Source: an uncultured virus (IMG/VR IMGVR_UViG_3300050202_000023)
Taxonomy: Duplodnaviria; Heunggongvirae; Uroviricota; Caudoviricetes
Virus record (IMG/VR): IMGVR_UViG_3300050202_000023
Direction: 5' to 3' (one strand)
DNA length: 62,274 bases
Shown: positions 57,798 to 62,274 of the stretch, piece after piece
Position numbering within the stretch: position 1 is the stretch's first letter
Layout of the letters: every line of letters begins with the position of its first letter
Position numbers and translations under genes: made by a program
The notes under the pieces: model-generated
Databases searched by the model: none
What the model saw: the letters and a program-made list of their open reading frames with translations, nothing else
What the model was told of the DNA's origin: nothing

Positions 57798-58925
57798 ATG
57801 ATACTGGACTATATCAAAGAACAGCAGGACCGGGAATATGTCGGTATTCCGTTACGAATGCCCCGGTTAAACAGCTTAATCAAGTGTATAGATAAAGGTG
57901 ATTCCTATATAATCACTGCTCAAACTTCAACGTATAAGTCTGCTTTTACTTTAACTGAGTTAGTATTACCCTCGGTTGAGTGGATAATTGAACGAGCTGA
58001 GTCCGGGCTTGATATTAAAGTCTTTTACTTTCTTTTAGAAGAAAACCGACAAGACTTGGAAGTAAGAATTCTGTCTTACTTGATTGCAAACCAGTTTAAT
58101 TGTAAAGTCTCAGAAAATCAACTTCATGCTAGAGGAGAAAAACTTGATTCTGCTGAGTTTGGTATGGTCAGAGCAGTTATACCTCGTTTTGAGAAAATCA
58201 TGGCTAAGGTGGACGTTTTTGATAACGTCAGACATAGTTATGGTATGTACAAACGGGTTGAGGACTACATGTTGACTGTTGGTACTATTGTAGAAGACCC
58301 GGAGACTAAAAAGCCCTCGTTTGTCTATAATAATCCTGACTTATACGTGTATTTTGTTGTGGATCACGGTGGAGATATGTTGCCTGATAAAGATGAAAAG
58401 ACTATCTTTGTAGCCCTAGAAAATTTAGCACTTAGATATTTACTTCGAGCTAAAAACTTTTACCGGGTTATTCCATTTCTAGTTCAGCAACAGGAAAATG
58501 TCGGTGACAAGATTGACACAGATTACAAAGGTGCTACCATTCAAAGTAAACTGGCTCCTTCTACAGCTAAGCTTGCTGATAATAAAGGTACTGCTAGACG
58601 TGCTACTCATGTTATTAGCTTAATGAATCCGGCTACTTATGAGCTTAATGCTTATAAAGGGTACAATAATTTAGGTGCAGTTGCTGATAACTTTTTGTAC
58701 TTGGAGATTCATAAAAACCGTCGTGGTCCTAAGAACAAAGGTTCTGGTATATTTGTTGAACCAGTAACAAAGACTTTTTATGAGTTTCCTCCAGCTAATG
58801 ATTTGCAAGGTCAACAGGACTTTATAAATCAACACAAAAACTTGTTACTTAAACGGGAAGCTAGTGAGTCTTTTAATGAGAATTTTTCTGAACGGTTACT
58901 AAATTATAAATCAGTACAAAAATGA
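57798..58925 (+). CDS. dnaB: DnaB-like replicative helicase
   Basis: AQTSTYKS (Walker A), FYFLLEE, VVDH, LVQQQ, IHKNRRG. Confidence 0.75.
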   Translation: MILDYIKEQQDREYVGIPLRMPRLNSLIKCIDKGDSYIITAQTSTYKSAFTLTELVLPSVEWIIERAESGLDIKVFYFLLEENRQDLEVRILSYLIANQFNCKVSENQLHARGEKLDSAEFGMVRAVIPRFEKIMAKVDVFDNVRHSYGMYKRVEDYMLTVGTIVEDPETKKPSFVYNNPDLYVYFVVDHGGDMLPDKDEKTIFVALENLALRYLLRAKNFYRVIPFLVQQQENVGDKIDTDYKGATIQSKLAPSTAKLADNKGTARRATHVISLMNPATYELNAYKGYNNLGAVADNFLYLEIHKNRRGPKNKGSGIFVEPVTKTFYEFPPANDLQGQQDFINQHKNLLLKREASESFNENFSERLLNYKSVQK

Positions 58926-59803
58926 TGGAGTTACGTAAGGCTAGTCGGCAAGCAGTAAAACTTAAACTGGGTTTCTCTGGTACTTCGGGATCAGGAAAGA
59001 CTATGGGGGCTTTACGGGTTGCTTATGGTATGATAGGTGATTGGGATAAGATAGCATTAATTGACACAGAAAATGGTTCTGGTGAATTGTATGCTAATCA
59101 AACCTTTACGGATAAAGACGGTGAACAGTTTACTATTGGAGAGTATAACTACATCGGTCTGAATACATTCCATCCGAGTAAATACATTGAAGCTATTGCA
59201 GCTTGTGAAAAAGCAGGTATGCAGCTTATTGTCATTGATTCTATTACTCATTCTTGGGAGTTTATTCTAGCTCTTCACGGAAACATGGATGGTAATAGTT
59301 TTACCAATTGGGGTAAAGTAAAGCCTATACATGAGGCTCTTCGGAATAAGATTTTACAATCTCCGTGTCACATCTTTACCACAGTAAGAAGAAAGCAGGA
59401 GTACGAGATTACTACTAATGGTGAAGGTAAAAAGAGTGTCCAGAAACTTGGCCTCAAAGAAATTACCAACGATGGTTGGGAATATGAATTGACTGTAAAC
59501 TTTGCTATTGAGCAAAATCATGAAACCAGTGCGGAAAAAGACCGTACTAACCTGTTTATCAACCGGGCTCCATTTAAACTAACCGAAGAAGTAGGTCAAG
59601 AACTACTTAGATGGGCTAGTTCAGGAGATAGTGATGTAGAAAGTCTTCTACAAACTGCCGGTATTGAGTTGAATAACGTTAGTTCACTTCAAGAACTAAA
59701 TAAAGTATATTTGAAATTCCCTCAGCTTCATAAGAATGAAGAATTTATGGGGAAAATGAGGTCTAGAAAAGCAGACTACGCACCTGTAGTACCAACTGCT
59801 TAA
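58922..59803 (+). CDS. AAA_24/Sak4-like ATPase (recombinase)
   Basis: GTSGSGKT, IALIDTENGS, IVIDSITH, YELT, KDRT. Confidence 0.85.
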   Translation: MMELRKASRQAVKLKLGFSGTSGSGKTMGALRVAYGMIGDWDKIALIDTENGSGELYANQTFTDKDGEQFTIGEYNYIGLNTFHPSKYIEAIAACEKAGMQLIVIDSITHSWEFILALHGNMDGNSFTNWGKVKPIHEALRNKILQSPCHIFTTVRRKQEYEITTNGEGKKSVQKLGLKEITNDGWEYELTVNFAIEQNHETSAEKDRTNLFINRAPFKLTEEVGQELLRWASSGDSDVESLLQTAGIELNNVSSLQELNKVYLKFPQLHKNEEFMGKMRSRKADYAPVVPTA

Positions 59804-59854
59804 GTTTTAATTCAACATCCATTTACAACACACTTTTGTTTTTAAACTAGTCTT

Positions 59855-60478
59855 ATGGAAGATTTATTTGATTTTGATGACGCTGCAACAGCACCAGTAG
59901 GTATTACTCCAATCTTTGGTGGTACTGATTATATCTTCATGAAGAAAATGGAGTATATTGACAAGACAGCCGAATCTAATCCTAAGATTCAATTTCAACT
60001 GGAACGTCGGGTTCCTAATAAACCTGTAGAGAAGTCTACTATTAGCTTCTTTGACTGGACTTATCTTCCATCAGGCGAGCTTCGTGCTGCTGGTACTGAA
60101 GCTTACGTGGGTCAAAAAAAAGCTGAAGTTAACCGTATGTTTAATATTTTTACAACATACACTTTTGATATGTCTGAACAAGATCAAAAAGCTGCTCTTC
60201 GTGGTCTTAAGACTTGGAAAGAAACGGTTAACAAGATTATTAGTCTGTTGCCAGCTAATTATGCTGAACTGGAGACTACTTGGTTTCTTCAATACCGAAA
60301 AGGTACTATTTACCTAGAAATCCCAGCTCAATATGCTGTAGTTCGAATGGGGAATGGTAAAAGTTTTCCAATGAAAGCTGAGTATAATAGTATGACTCCT
60401 GCTTCAAAGACAGCAGTACCTACTGAGTTTAGTGTAAACACTTCTGAAGTAGGTGTACCAGTAGAAGATCTTTTTTAA
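59855..60478 (+). CDS. putative single-stranded DNA-binding protein
   Basis: follows Sak4-like gene; acidic EDLF C-terminus; own terminator. Confidence 0.5.
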   Translation: MEDLFDFDDAATAPVGITPIFGGTDYIFMKKMEYIDKTAESNPKIQFQLERRVPNKPVEKSTISFFDWTYLPSGELRAAGTEAYVGQKKAEVNRMFNIFTTYTFDMSEQDQKAALRGLKTWKETVNKIISLLPANYAELETTWFLQYRKGTIYLEIPAQYAVVRMGNGKSFPMKAEYNSMTPASKTAVPTEFSVNTSEVGVPVEDLF

Positions 60479-60499
60479 GTAGAAACGGTGGATTCTTGT

Positions 60500-60531
60500 A
60501 TAAACCCGGGCTTTTGGTCCGGGTTTATTTT
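60500..60531 (+). terminator. intrinsic terminator
   Basis: taaacccgggc-tttt-gtccgggttta then tttt. Confidence 0.7.
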
Positions 60532-60554
60532 TATCTACACTAAACCCAAAAGCA

Positions 60555-61498
60555 ATGTGGTCATTTGATACTATTATCTCTAAAGAGTATCTGCTAAGCC
60601 GGGTGTCTGAGGAAGAAATCTTTGAACGGTATTTAGGTTATTATCCACAATTTGACCAGAAAGTACTTAATACATTACCAAATAGACCTAAGCTTGATCG
60701 AACACCCGGCTGTAAGTTTTATGTGAATGCAATGGGTAGAATTATGTTTAAAGACTTTGCTTGGGCCGAAGGCTCTGGTGATTGCTTTACTATTGCTTCT
60801 CAGTATCATGGAACCGTAGGAAACTGGCCTGATACACTTCAACGTATTGCTGAAGACTTTAATATAATTGAACGGACCGATACGTATCAAGTCACTCATA
60901 AAACAGGCCCTGTTAGTTCTCCACTGGACATTAAGCATTCTGGAACGTATACACCTATACAGATTCAGCAAAGACCTTGGACAAATAAAGATTTAGCTTT
61001 CTGGCAAATGAAGGATCAGGGAGTTACCAGTACAGAATTGGAGCAAAACTGGGTCTATACGTTTTCAGCTTACTGGTTTAATAATTATCTAGCTAGGTCT
61101 GATATGAAAGCNNNNNNNNNNAGAATTACCGATTTAGACAATCATCTTCTCAATGGGTAATTGGTACATCCAGACTGGTTAAAGGTATACGACCTATTGT
61201 AACAAAGTCTAATGCTGACCGGGTATTTCTTAGTTTACTCGGATTCAACGTGGCTAACGTACTTACAGAAGCTATGTGGTTTGATGCTGATCAACGAAAG
61301 TTACTGGAGTCTTTTGGCAAACCTCTTTTACTCTATGATAATGATGAGGTTGGAGAGGCTCATGCTAAAACCAGAGCTGAGTTATATAATTGGGATTACT
61401 TTCAGTATCCTAAAAACCTTGGAAAAGACACAAAAGACGTGTGTAAAGTACACGGTGGACAATACGTAAAAGAGCTTTTGTATGAAATCCTCGACTAA
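60555..61498 (+). CDS. dnaG: DnaG-like primase (split by N gap)
   Basis: EEIFERYL, PGC, FKDF..GDCF N-domain; post-gap frame gives IVTKSNAD...YDNDEVG TOPRIM. Confidence 0.8.
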
Positions 61499-62274
61499 GA
61501 CTTATGAAATTATATTTGCTCCAAGTATAAACAACTATTTTTTATGGCAGGGCCCAAATAGTTTTCCAAAACACCGCAATATTATAGTAAGTGATGGTTT
61601 TATTTCTATTTTACCATCTACGTTCGATGTAATTAAAAAGTATATTAACACACTATTTGTAGAACCTAATTTAAGTAATGCTAAATTTTTATGGNNNNNN
61701 NNNNTTCACAAAAAGTTTTGACATCTCAAAACATAAGTACTGTGTAGTTTTATGTAACTTATTTAGTCTTGGTTGGTCTTTTCAACTAGCTAGTATTGAA
61801 CATGGTATGTTTGGTGATCGTATACTTATTGAGGATAGTATTGGATACTCCTTATTTAATCCCATTAGTAAGATCATAAATTCAACAAATGTAGAATTAA
61901 CTCCAGACAACGCTAAGTTTATTTGGGAAGCAGCTAAAACCAAGTTTCAAAATGAAACAATACAACGATAAACGATCTAGAAGACACATACCTAATAGAG
62001 AATTATCTGGAAAGTATACAAAATCAAAGGAAATTGTTAATGTTTATATACTAAAGTCTATTTATACATCGTGGTTTGATAATGATTCTATTGAAAGTCT
62101 TTCATTAACAGTTGTAGAGCCCATATCTCATAATAATCACTTAATATGGACTAATAAAGAACATATAAAAATAGATAAGTGTACACGAAAAACTTTTAAT
62201 AAGGCCCTTACTTATTTTGACTCTGAACAAGAGTATAATGATATAGAAAGCTTACGGTTTATGTGGCACATGTA

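Noticed and set aside
6980..61710. Frameshifts or pseudogenes at polA, primase, helicase, 12257-14171 and others
   Set aside because: Breaks coincide with 10-N gaps, often with duplicated flanks (ccggataa, ttacttg, tgacg, ggggatgtt); these are scaffolding artefacts.

Overview
A ~62 kb AT-rich segment of a crAss-like (Crassvirales-type) phage infecting a Bacteroidota host; the host call rests on canonical TTTG-N20-TAnnTTTG promoters. The minus-strand arm (1-33425) carries tail/ring, lysis and receptor-binding genes, then auxiliary capsid, major capsid, scaffold and portal. It ends with a small-gene cluster holding Tad2-like and Acb2/Tad1-like candidates and a ClpP-like gene, a TerL with three LAGLIDADG inteins, and a PD-(D/E)XK nuclease. 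The mainly plus-strand arm (33764-62274) carries early/accessory genes and a replication module: PolA, an SF2 helicase split by a group I intron, DnaB-like helicase, AAA ATPase, SSB-like protein and primase. The most unusual signals are non-coding. Three covarying stem-loops with an invariant CA-UACAGCA motif lie directly upstream of a TROVE-like/vWA (DUF2828) gene. There is also an ~810-nt densely paired, pseudoknotted ORF-free region and a D-arm-less 8/4 tRNA-like gene (anticodon UCU). The 10-N gaps are scaffolding joins that split several genes artificially. All family calls come from motif recognition by eye; no searches were run.
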